Of a stretch of DNA of 64,000 bases, positions 1 through 11,328 are shown in pieces (within the stretch, counting starts at the first letter, position 1; each line of letters begins with the position of its first letter). The DNA is from Tubiluchus corallicola (lineage: Eukaryota > Animalia > Priapulida). The notes under the pieces are model-generated. The model was not told where the DNA came from. It made no database searches and worked only from the letters and a program-made list of their open reading frames with translations. Location: contig JAQGDQ010000244.1 of assembly GCA_030141605.1 (NCBI GenBank), forward strand, positions 248,001 through 312,000, in the 5' to 3' direction. Both the position numbers and the translations under genes were made by a program.

Positions 1-285
1 TTGATACTTTATTAACAAATTTTCATGAACTCTTTCTCAGTTTAACACAACAGCACTGTATTTTGATTCTCTCATTTGTAAATGCAAAATGTTCGTTGAA
101 AAATTTGTTTTTTTCGGCATTAATTTTCTGTGTTTCATAAGTAAGTTTTGGTTTCAGTTTCAGTAACATCTATAACAAGGACTGAATGGCAAGTTTGGCA
201 GTCTCCATTGTCGTCTAAACAGTATTCTTTGTATGATTTATTTCGATCGATTATGCTTATGTAACTAATGCATCACGCATTTTAG

Positions 286-395
286 GTTCATTTTGGTTGT
301 TCCCGCCTAATGTGCACCTATTGCCTAGCTGTATATAATATGACTCCAAGGGCACCTCACCTGTTCATACAACATTTGACTCGACATCAAAACAG
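286..395 (+). CDS. POGZ/ZNF280-family zinc-finger protein, internal exon (gene starts upstream of window)
   Basis: ttttag|...|gtttgt boundaries. Translates VHFGCSRLMCTYCLAVYNMTPRAPHLFIQHLTRHQN(R), a C2H2 finger resembling POGZ LLCPYCLKVF..FQQHYMRHQ (recalled). Confidence 0.85.
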
Positions 396-688
396 GTTTG
401 TTTACTTATATCTCTTGTAACTCATTTCGGTTTAGTTTTATTGAACGGCCGGAGATACCAAGTGCCTCTTTGCAGTGTTGATATGATTAATGACGAAGTT
501 AGCTGACGAAAGATGAAGAATTTTTTTGAAAAATTCCCGTAAAGATGTAATAAAAATAAGGATACTGCAGATATTATACTGTAGTTGTCTAGTATAACGT
601 AGAAGGTGTAATACTCTAGTTGTTTTCTGACATAAATAATTTTTTAGGTTAATGGGCTTTTATTCAAAGGAATGTGACTTGCATTTAA

Positions 689-1213
689 AGGAAAACCACA
701 CGATTGTTTAGACGTTGGTTCAAAATAAAGTATGCTCTAAAATATAGAAAACTACAACAACTTTTTTTAAATAAAAGCTTAGATTAAATAATAATTACCT
801 CTGATACTTAAATTTTGTTGAACTTTCAAAGCTATGCGCGGCTCAACGAATCTACTAAGATTAGGAATGGTGCCTTTTTGTCACATTCGCGTGTTCAACA
901 TGTGGGAGCAGTACAGTGATAAGCATGATCATGAACTGCAGTGTTTGCCTGTGGCATCAATGTGACGTAGAGTTCATTTTCCTGACATCAGCTTACGCAA
1001 ACATGCTTGACACGCTGGCAAGATGCCTGCCATTGCACAAACTGTAGTTAGCTTGTGGTGTAAGCGATAGCTGCGGATCGGTTGCCGTTAATTAACTTTC
1101 CAAGGTAATTTTTCAAATATAAGAAACAACTGCTAACTTTTATGGGCAAGAAAATGTATATTTTGGACAGCAAATTAAAGTGAGATTGAGTCTAATCAAT
1201 CGCCGGTTTTCCG
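689..1213 (+). mobile_element. Kolobok/T2-like MITE family A
   Basis: TTAA|AGGAAAACC...GGTTTTCCG|TTAA. Similar to copies at 16909, 17948 and 57268. Confidence 0.75.
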
Positions 1214-1459
1214 TTAAAATAATTGACAGCTGCTAGAGGGAAGGGTTGTAGTTTCCTTTAATTCAGCCTATATCATAGTACTGCTAAAACAAGGGGTATT
1301 TGTGCAGTTTTATTAGTAAACTGCTTATCAATGCTAACGGGCTGTAGAATAAACTCGAAGTGTGACGGGTTCATTTTTACTGATCATGCCATTAATTGAA
1401 GTTATGCGACTGTTTGAGATTCAGATTATTTTTCACATTTATTTCTTGACACTTTGAAG

Positions 1460-1569
1460 GGGTGTGAAGAAGTGCAGCGCCTGCCGATTGACATTCATTT
1501 CAGTGCAAGATCTGAAACAGCACAAGACTGACTGCCATTCCATTGTTGGTAAACTAGATGATCCCGGAG
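1460..1569 (+). CDS. POGZ/ZNF280-family exon (C2H2 finger)
   Basis: gaag|...|gtgagt. Phase 2 join gives RGVKKCSACRLTFISVQDLKQHKTDCHSIVGKLDDPG, cf. POGZ CNKCRLQF..KDKIEHK..HH. Confidence 0.85.
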
Positions 1570-2398
1570 GTGAGTAAGCTTTGTGGCACGTTCCGATGTA
1601 GAGACTTCTCTTTCAACTTGTTGCGCAACTTCTGCCTGTGAGTAAAGTTGCGCGTGTGGACAGTTTAGCAACCTTTCTCGCAATATATTGCAAACTCTGA
1701 GAGAGTTGTTGAGAGTTAAGTTGCCCAATAAGTTGTGAGAGAAGTTACATCACCTCGAATGTTGTTACTGGTGCTTGTGAAAGTTTCTTATCGAAGAATT
1801 TCATCCACTTCTTATTGCAAATTCCATAAATGAAAACTTGAAAAAATTGAAAATGCAAATGGAGGTAAATCTTGTGCTTAAAGGTCAAGAAGCTTACTTT
1901 ATGAAGTTTCAATTTTACACAAAAATGAAAAGAAAATGCTCTAGCTACAATTTTCTGAACTTTTTAACTTTTTCTTAATGGTTTATGCAAGAGAATGTCT
2001 GGTGTGAAGGTGTCATTTGCGAAGAATGTCTGGAACATCATTTCGCACTTTTTATTAATTAGATGGCGCCCGAAAGTCCCTAATTACGGCAGCGTTTGCG
2101 TTTGATTGTCACTTGTCACATTTCGCCATGTAGCGTTGTTTACAGATAGTGTTTTGCGTCAGAAATTGTTACAGGCGTTGGAGTCGACCATTTTTAGCTA
2201 AAGATCGTAAAATATGAAAAGAAAGTATGCCAGATTATTGACCACCAAACTGTAGTCTGATTATTCAATCAGTAAAAAACAGCTGTTCTCAAAAATTTGC
2301 TTTGAAATTGATTTGTTGTACAGTTAAATACAATTTAACATTAGCTATTTCATTACTTAACCAGTTTCCTGAATAAAGATCCAAAATTTGAATTGCAG

Positions 2399-2564
2399 TG
2401 AGCCTTATCCAATACGTTGGGGAAAAAGCACCATCGACATCAGATAATACGTCAAGCGTACCATCCAGTTTAAATGCGGATGCTTCCGGAATAGATATTG
2501 TTGACAGTTTAGGAAGCAAATGCATTGAGTGCGGAAAACCTATGGGAATTCCTAATCATTATCG
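2399..2564 (+). CDS. POGZ/ZNF280-family exon
   Basis: ttgcag|...|gtatgt. Phase-consistent; ends KCIECGKPMGIPNHY(R), cf. POGZ CLECSFEIPDFPNHF. Confidence 0.85.
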
Positions 2565-2718
2565 GTATGTACACTTTTTTGAAGGCTCATGATCAATGAT
2601 TTTTTTTTACTCGTCTCCTAAGTTTAGTGGTAACAAAATGTCTTCAGCGTATTTGTTAAGATCGAACGTACTTTTGAAGTAATTTCGTCTCAGCCTTTAT
2701 CCATCTACAGCCTTTATT

Positions 2719-3222
2719 CTTCTTCTTCTTCTTCTTCCCAGCTTTTCCCGATTCGGGGTCGCCGTTGTGAATGAGTCTTCTCCACGCATTCCTGTTGTTG
2801 ACCATCTCTTCATTTATGTTCCTCCCTTCCCACAAGATCCTCACCGACTCTTCTTTTCAGGTGTCCATACCATCGCAATCTTGCGAGGCTTCCACTACTT
2901 TTACTGTTCCTCTGATATTATTATTTCTAATTTTAACTCTTCTTGTTATTCCCACCATCCATCTCAACTTCCTCATCTCCACCACACCCATTTTCTTCTC
3001 TTCGGTCTTCAGCTAGAGAAGCTGCTTCCAGCCCGTAGATTAGAGCGGGTCTGACCACTTCTTTGTGAACTTTCCCTTTAACTCTCACCGACTCATTCAT
3101 TGAAGGTTTTGGCGCAGTTTTTACAGGCGGATGCCCTTCTTGACCCTAATCCTCCCTATTTATCCGGGCCTGGGACCGGCACTGAGTTGGGCTGGCTTGC
3201 CCCCCCCCCCAGTGGCTAGGTT
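2719..3222 (-). mobile_element. Short non-autonomous RTE-type retroelement
   Basis: (GAA)n tail; minus-strand remnant NRNAWRRLIHNGDP typical of RTE ORF ends; 16-bp TSD atctacagc(c/a)tttatt at 2703-2718 and 3223-3238. Confidence 0.75.
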
Positions 3223-3509
3223 ATCTACAGCATTTATTAGTAAACAAATTTCTTTTTCGTTTGTTTTATCTTTTTTTGCATTGGAAACTAAGTTGAGACG
3301 TATTTGTCTTCCTTATAAAGAATGCTACTGTAGTGAACATAAAAATGTTTACTTATATTAATATATTATATATATATATATATAATGATAATGATAAATA
3401 CTAATACTCGAAGAAGAACTTAAATGAATCATATTTACAGACGAAAAGGATTTTACACCGGAAGTTTAGACTGAAAGCAACACATAAGAAATTCAGTGAT
3501 CGTGTATAG

Positions 3510-3860
3510 CAGTGGTTCCCAAAGTAGGAGTAAATTACCCCCCCCCCCCCGGGGTAATATGTTTTTTTTGGGGGGGGTAACGGGCACCCCTCTGAAAATT
3601 TTTAAAACTTCGCTCGGAATGCATTTTACGTAGTTTTCTTCTTGAAGAGACTGCCTCCGGTAATACTTGTTTTGGCAACAATACAACAACAACACCTGGA
3701 AATTTATTTATGTCACGAGCAAACATAAATAATTTTGCTTGCTTGTGGCATATACGTGTGTTTACTTTTTGAGTTGGAGAAGTAGTACTACGTGGGGGGT
3801 AATGGACAAGACCGGGTTTCCCGATTTGGGTAACGGTCCGAGAAAGTTTGGGAACCACTG
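3510..3860. mobile_element. hAT-type MITE
   Basis: TIR CAGTGGTTCCCAAA/TTTGGGAACCACTG; perfect 8-bp TSD gtgtatag. Confidence 0.85.
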
Positions 3861-4654
3861 GTGTATAGGGAAAACTGTACTATCTGGTGTAATATAGAAG
3901 AAAATATTTTGTTAACCTAAACTTATAAGACCAGTAAAAATTGCTTGATAATGAACCTTGAAAGAAAGTATATTAGTGCTAATACAAGTACTAATAAAAA
4001 CCCTCTATTTCTGTTAGTGTGGTTGCCTTGTAGTACCAGACACCTACTAAAGGTGCTATGTTTGTGACGAACCTTTCTACTATTTATAGAGTTACTTATC
4101 ATATTATTAAGCACACTAGACAAAGTTGAAAAGGACTCGTATTTGCTAGTTGTTTTCTGTGTTGTATGTTAAAATTGTAAACTATTAAGTATTGTTAAGT
4201 ATTTTATGTTTTTCTTTTGGTTGAATCGTTGCTGCTTTTTCATTTCTATGCTTTCCTCTTACCTTTTTTGTCTGGAGTGCCTGCAGTGATAGGCTAGCAT
4301 TCATTACTAAGTCATTACTATTTTTATAACAATGCATTGCTTTATTTATATTATCTAAATGTTATTCCGTATGCAGACAGTCATGCCTGCACATGTTGTT
4401 CCACGTATTTGCTTATGAACTTGTGATCTTGTGCTAAACTTGTTACCTTGTGTAGAAGTGGTCAATTCTTATTGTAAATAATGTATATAGTTTATTGTAG
4501 TGGGGATCTTTAATCATCTTTTGAGACTACCTGATCTGATCCTATAATAAATTATGTTTAAATTACATTTTTTCGCAAATAAATGAAATCAAAACAATGT
4601 AAACTCTATTGAACATTGTAACAATTCAAACTTGCTTATAAACAGTGTTTGAAC

Positions 4655-5157
4655 CAGGGATGAGAATTTTCCGCGAATACCCGAAATTCCGAGTTTTTTT
4701 GGAAGACTAGTAGTGCCATTTTTGTAAATCGCGTAGATTCGTTGAGAAAATTTTTACGGACCCTGTACATTATTTCACAAGCTGACCGCTGGTTGGCAGG
4801 CCGTCACTTTGTTTACATCACGTACATCAGTGTAACCACGTGTATATCTCTACGTATAAAAATATAGAATCAATTGTACGGAGTTATTTGAGTCAATTGC
4901 AGACAGTTTTTATATACTTTTGCATAGGAGCAGCCAGTACTTAGGCATTTTTGAGACAATTAGGCATCATGTATCCTGGATAGTTGGGGATTTTAAATTA
5001 TGCATGAAACAAGGTAATTGATATTTTAAGTCCACTTAGAGGCTCTCCATGGTCACAAAATTGCAATTTGTTGCTGGCTTCAAGGGAGCTTCGCCCCCGC
5101 CCCCCCAAACCCCCGGCCTGTTTCAGAGTTTTTTGCAATTTGTCATTCTCATCCCTG
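4655..5157. mobile_element. hAT-type MITE
   Basis: TIR CAGGGATGAGAAT/ATTCTCATCCCTG; 8-bp TSD gtttgaac; second copy at ~8665-9113. Confidence 0.85.
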
Positions 5158-5230
5158 GTTTGAACGTTGAAAGACGTTTGGCTGCCAAACGCTGTACAAG
5201 TTGTTTCATCTTTTCATCTTAATTTAACAG

Positions 5231-5421
5231 GAAGTACGTTGGTTGCGTCCAGTGTCGCTATGCAACTGTGTGTCATGCGGCTTTCCAGGAGCACAACAAG
5301 TCGTTCCATCTACCTCGCCGTGCCAGCGGTCATCGGACTAACGAGGAATTCAGCGTGCTGACTTTGGACGTTCCGTGGAAATGTCTCTGCGGTTACAAAT
5401 CCTCGTCTGGTAACAAACTAG
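5231..5421 (+). CDS. POGZ/ZNF280-family exon (finger plus start of HPZ-position finger)
   Basis: aacag|...|gtatga. KYVGCVQCRYATVCHAAFQEHNKSFH...WKCLCGYKSSSGNKL, cf. POGZ [25 protein letters not shown]...LACTSCTFVTSVGDAM. Confidence 0.85.
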
Positions 5422-6410
5422 GTATGACGTTCTGGGCTTTAATTAACGATGGTTACTTTGTGGACGTTATGACGCTGTGATTGGCTGCTGATAAACACTT
5501 GTCATTTACTTCGTCCTACTTCATTTTGCTGCACTGCTAAAATCTATGAAAAAGCCTTTTCACAGTTTCTTTATGCGTATGCGCAGCTGCTGCAGGTCAA
5601 ACGTTAAGTGTACCATGGTAACGCATCTTTAAGTACAACTGTCACATGACGTGTGTGTAAAGCAAAGCCGTCTGCTACATCAATTCGGTAACGTCAGCTG
5701 TTTTTCACATACTTCTGTACTTAATTATATATTAGAGTGATTTACTAGCAGTATCTTGCTTTGGAAAGAGAAAAAATGCTTTAGGTAAGGTTTTAGCTAC
5801 CTCTTAAAGCTGTTACTGTTACAATAGCTTGGGTTGCGAGGCATTGTCAAGTGTACAGGAATGCGTCGTCTGGCACACTTAACCTTTGACCTTTTCACGA
5901 TCATGATCAGTCGCTTGAATTGCACAAATGAACTGTATTAACTCGACAGAAAACAAATAAGTTGCCAGAAATGTGAAAAATGAAAACCCATTTGCTATCA
6001 AGAATGCACAACTGCTAACACTAACACTAACACTAACGTTATTGACATCTTCTTACATATTGAACATTTCAGCTTAATTTTATTTCTTATTGATTTTGAA
6101 GGAGGGCTTTAAAAAAGCCTTTGTGCTTTGGGGGGTTTACAAGAATTGCAGTCTTTTTTATAGAATATACATGAATGGTTTGTAATGCCAATCGTTCTAG
6201 CTTTGGATTTAAAGCTAAATTCTTGTTTTCTTAGCACATACTTAGTAAAACTTTGCTTAATGTTTGCTTTCTGATTCAGTTTAATAACTAGTGCTTCTAA
6301 TTCACTGATTACGAAATGTGACTGCAATTTAATTAATAAGTAGATAGTCCAGCAAATGTTTCTACGACTAAAGTTAGAATGATTTATCAAATTAATTCTT
6401 TATATTGCAG

Positions 6411-6491
6411 CTGCGCATTTAGTTTCGTGCGGCAAGCGGTCGGCGTATTCTACGGAATCTTTACCGCCCGAGTTACTGAAGCCTCTTGTCG
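6411..6491 (+). CDS. POGZ/ZNF280-family exon (alternative same-phase donor possible after 6542)
   Basis: ttgcag|...|gtatga. AAHLVSCGKRSAYSTESLPPELLKPLV completes GNKLAAHLV, cf. POGZ GDAMAKHLV. Confidence 0.75.
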
Positions 6492-7598
6492 GTATGAATG
6501 TACTGCGTTTGAAGCCACCATTTACCATTTCGGCCAACGAAGGTGAACAGTTTGTCTGGGTTTTTTAGCTTGGTAGTTAACGAGTGATACTTGTTAGCAC
6601 TAATATTCACTAATTGAAATACATGAAACAGTTCTCCTAAGCATTTTATATCATAAACAGGTCTGTGCTAAATGGAAAGAAAGGTTTGCTATTTACGCTT
6701 AATGTCTTTTAGTTGTCTCTTTATTGTAAATGCAATTTCATTCAGTTTTTAACTGCAGTTTTTGTTTGAAAATAAATCTTTTATCTATTTATCTGTCTAT
6801 GTATCTAAAAGGACATCCCAAAGAGCTTTCCATACAAGGTTATGCTACTTAGGATTACATTTACCTGTTTGAAAAATATCTGTATTTGTAGATGAAAATT
6901 CTAGTGTTTAAAATATTCTCGCCGCCTGATAAAACGACACTATACTATTCTTAGAAGTTGTTTGCTAGGTAAGCATGTAATGAATGTAAAGGTATCCCAG
7001 TGTTCACCACTGATTCACAATAAAGTAAGCATTGTATGAATATATAAAGGCATCCCAGTGTTCACCACTGATTCACGGTAAATCTCATTATTAATCGTAT
7101 TAACTAATATGACAAAATAAAGTAATTTATACTTTTGCTTAGTCAGTGAAGTGTGAGCTACGAATGCTCTGATTATTTTTTCATACTTTATACTATGTTG
7201 TCTAAACTCGTTTAAAACGACTTGCTATTAAAATGGCTGCATGTAACGGTCATCACGGGAGTTTAAATTTACAAGTTTTATACAGCGTTACTGCTTAAGC
7301 AAGCTCTTTATGCAATATGGCAGCATGTAAGTGGTGTAATATTTCAAGACAAATTTTTAAAGTTCAATTTATGATGAACGTTTTCTTGTGTTTTAAGACT
7401 TAATCAAATTCCTATTTTTGTCACTACTGATTTGGTTTACATATAGTCGAGTAAAGCATTGTGTTAAACTGTATGTTGTTACAAAGTGCTGATGCAGTAT
7501 TTTAAATTAATGACACAAAAAGAATACTGTGACATTTCTGCCGATATAGCATACGCTTTACAGAATACCATAAATGCGATATGCTTAGTAACGTAGAG

Positions 7599-8066
7599 CA
7601 GGGGTGTGCAAAATATCTGACTAGCCGGGCCACATTAAACTGTCCCGCAATTCCTGCGGGCCACAGGCAGTTTGATCAAGGAGCCAAGTACAGAAAGGCC
7701 TAATAACGATTTTTTTGCATCCGACCTGCATACATCATTACTACTAGACTGAAGAAACTATTTTAGAAGTTATTAAAATTTATATTACAAACCATATATT
7801 TCTGCTTTCAGGACAGATAGTGGTAATTTCATTACAATGCATATTAGTAATGTGTATCACACAGTCTGTGTAGTACAGTGACATTAAGCTACAACCGTCT
7901 TGTAAGGGTTAATGGCATCCGATCTAGTAGAAAAAACTACCCGCACTATCTTTGGGATCGTGGCACGGACTTCAGCTGGATACACTCAATTAATCGCCCG
8001 GGCCGCACCTTCATTAGGCTGACAAATCTCTTCGCGGGCCCTCGGGCCGCACTTTGCACACCCCTG
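7599..8066. mobile_element. hAT-type MITE
   Basis: TIR CAGGGGTGTGCAAA; TSD acgtagag/acgtagtg; inverted copy at 19724-20223. Confidence 0.85.
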
Positions 8067-8143
8067 ACGTAGTGTAAGTTTTTTATATTCCGTAAGAATT
8101 AAAATTTTCGGTATATAAATTTTGGGTCTCGGTTTCTTATTAG

Positions 8144-8278
8144 GTTCACCGGAAGCTGTTGCAAAGCTGATACTTGATGGTATATTAGATGAACTCTGTC
8201 CAGCCGAGGCATTGGTACATTCTGTACTTACAGAAGTTATAGATGAAGCTTGTAGACAAGTCACTTCTGCAACTGACG
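8144..8278 (+). CDS. Exon of the same gene encoding two amphipathic helices
   Basis: cttattag|...|gtacgt, phase 1-1. GSPEAVAKLILDGILDELCPAEALVHSVLTEVIDEACRQVTSATD. Confidence 0.7.
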
Positions 8279-8613
8279 GTACGTATGTCTTGACAAGTAT
8301 TGGTGTTAGTGCATGTAGTTAAATTCTTTAAAGGTTCGCTGACTTGATTTTAGTAGTTTTTGTAGTTTTATTGTGAAAATGTTTTTTACAGATGCGTTTA
8401 ATAAATTGAAATAAGAAAGCTTCAAACTGATTTTAACATCAGGGAGTGGCATTTGGTTCACATACTTATATTTCTGCAAAGGTGTTGAGGCGCTATCGAT
8501 GTCGACTAATTGGAAAATTAAAATAGCTGCTTTTCTAACACAATTTATAAATGGTAGATACATAATATATTGTTAAGCTTTATTTTTTTCTGAATACCAT
8601 GGGCATATTTTTT

Positions 8614-9202
8614 AACGGAAGGACTTTACAATTCCCCATATAATTTAACTGCCCTAACCCTAACCCACGATACGGGAAATTCTAAGTTTTCGGAAGACCA
8701 GCAGTGCCATTTTTGTCAATCGCGGAAATTCGTTGAAAAAATTTTTACGGACCCAGTACATTATTTCACAAGCTGACCGCTAGTTAGCAGGCCGTCACTT
8801 TGTTTACGTCATGTACATCTAACCACGTGTATATCTCTATGTATAAAAATATAGAATCAATTGTGCGGAGTTATTTGAGTCAATTGCAGACAGTTTTTAT
8901 AAACTTTTGCATAGGTACTTAGGTGTTTTTGAGACAATTACGTATTGTGTATCCTTGATGGTTTGGTATTTTAAATTATGCATGAAACAAGGTAACTGAC
9001 ATTTTAAGTCCACTTAGGGCTTCGCCTCCCTTGAACCTCCATTGGGGCCTACGCGGCCCCCAAACCCCCCGGTCTGTTTCAGAGTTTTTTGCAATTTGTC
9101 ATTCTCATCCGTGCCCTAACCTTAACTGTAACCCTAATCCTAATCCTAATCCTGGTCCTGACCCTAATTTCTTGTACATGGGGAATTGTAAACTTTAGCC
9201 TT
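8614..9202. mobile_element. Small inverted-repeat element with CCCTAA runs, interrupted by a copy of the 4655 hAT MITE (~8665-9113)
   Basis: Ends tttacaattccccat/atggggaattgtaaa; ccctaac on both sides of the inner MITE. Confidence 0.6.
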
Positions 9203-9788
9203 TTTAATTTGTTTATTACCTATCTTGGTTAGTACACTGGTCTGGGAACATCACTTTGTTGCCAAGCAAATCTATTTTATGCTCTAGTGGTAACTTGCAA
9301 CTGACGAAATACAATGAAATTCTGCTGGAAACGTTGCGTCATACTCACTCAATTTGAAAACGTCTTGATGCAATGATTAGCGGTCGTGTTGCTTGCAAGT
9401 TTATACTTGTGCTTAAGTTAGCTTTCTTGTAGCTCTGTTGTTCAATATCTTTGCTGTACGTTGGCGATATTTAGTGTCAATTTTTGTTAAAATTGGCTAG
9501 AAATTTTAGATTGTTAACTGGTTTGCATAACTACAGTGTCGTGCAGTTTTGTACTTTCGGTGAAATTTTTGTGAAGTTTAATACACTTAATTAAGACGAC
9601 CTTTTGCAGTTATTGCACTGCTGGATTATGTGCAATATCATAGAAAGTTTCAGTTAACATTTTCAGTTGGCATAACCTTTATTTGAAGAATTATTCATGT
9701 GGAACACTTTAATTTACTATTGTAACATTAGCTTAATTGAAGATTTACTTTGTTCTGTGGATTTTTTATGTGTTGTAAGAACAATGTA

Positions 9789-11008
9789 CGGTAAGTCCTC
9801 GCTTAATGACGTTTCGTTTTAACGACGTCCTCGTTTAATGATGTTTCGTTTTAACGACGTTGACCATTTGACACCACTTTGTCTCTTAACAGCGCATGTT
9901 TCATTTTAACGATGTTGACCATTTGACACCACTTTGTCTCTTAACAGCGCATGTTTCATTTTAACGACGTTGACCATTTGACACTGCTTTGTCTCTTAAC
10001 AGCGCATGTTTCATTTTAACGACGCTGACCATTTGACACCACTTTGTCTCTTAACAGCGCGTTTCATTTTAACGACGTTGACCATTTGACACCACTTTGT
10101 CTCCTAACAGCACTTTTCATTTTAACGACGTTGACCATTTGACACTACTTTGTCTCTTAACAGCGCACGTTTCATTTTAACGACGTTGACCATTTGACAC
10201 CACTTTGTCTCTTAACAGCGCACGTTTCATTTTAACGACGTTGACCATTTGACACCACTTTGTCTCTTAACAGCACGTTTCATTTTAACGATGTTGACCA
10301 TTTGACACTGCTTTGTCTCTTGACAGCGCATGTTTCATTTTAACGACAATTTTTTTTCCTTTACTCAAAGCAACTTTTTATTTTAGCAACAACTTTTTAT
10401 CTAACAAGTCATTAAAACGATGCATATTGCATTTTACTCAATTCTAAAAACAGTACATTTTGTATGTTTTTGCTTCCCAACTGACTGTTAAATGGTAGCC
10501 ATTTGTGCAGAATAACATTTATTTATGATTTACACACCTCCAGGCACCCGAATGCAAACTTTATGCAAAGTAATTTTATCTGCAACCTGTTGCTGTAGCA
10601 ACCATTATGTAGGGTTTGGTTTTTCTGTGCAACATTTAACCTCTAGCAGCTAGGCGGCCTTCAGTGTTAACTAAAAAGAAACTGCTAGTTAAGTACTGGT
10701 GAGGAAGATAAGTGGTTTCATGCAAGCAGAAAGAAATTAGTTAAGTAGAAATATGAATAAAACTGATAGACTGCTTAATTTGGATTAAGTAGCATTGGTT
10801 GTTGCCGCTGGAACGTATCTCAGTTTTTTACATTACTTTCTGTGGAAGTCTTTGTTTCATTTAACAACGTTTGCTTAATGTAGCGTTTTGCTGAAGCGCA
10901 AGAGCGTCGTTAAGCGAGGACTTAGTGTCGTTAAGCGAGGACTTAGCATCGTTAAGCGAGGACTTAGCGTCGTTAAGCGAGGACTTAGCGTCGTTAAGCG
11001 AGGACTTA
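9789..11008. mobile_element. TA-flanked Tc1/mariner-pogo-like MITE containing tandem repeats
   Basis: Left end ta|CGGTAAGTCCTCGCTTAA, right end TTAAGCGAGGACTTA|ta. Internal ~59-bp repeat x~8.5 (9845-10347) and 21-bp repeat x5 (10903-11007). Confidence 0.7.
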
Positions 11009-11328
11009 TATATGTAAGTTATTCTTGTGAACGTCGTGACTCCGATAATTATAATGTAATTTTTTGGCAGCCGTTTATTTTGTGTAAAACGAATCATCTC
11101 AAAAATGAGTACGTATTTTTCACTGTTTCTTTTCTCGTAACTGCTGTTTTTGGAAAAACGTAATTTTGTAACGCACTTTTTTCCCCTCAACACTAACGAT
11201 GTTTGCAACAAATTGCAATGAATTAACTGCAATAAATTGAGCAGTAATATAATTATATGAGTCGCGAATTCTCGTGTGTTTTGAGATGGTTCGTTTCATT
11301 TGTTAATCTGGAGATATTTTCCTTACAG

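Noticed and set aside
6892-6968. AG...GTAAGC-bounded segment as a coding exon of the zinc-finger gene
   Set aside because: In the required phase it hits TAA after DENSSV; at most a poison exon, with no further support.
8652-9170. CCCTAA runs as a telomere
   Set aside because: Only a few degenerate units inside a small inverted-repeat element.
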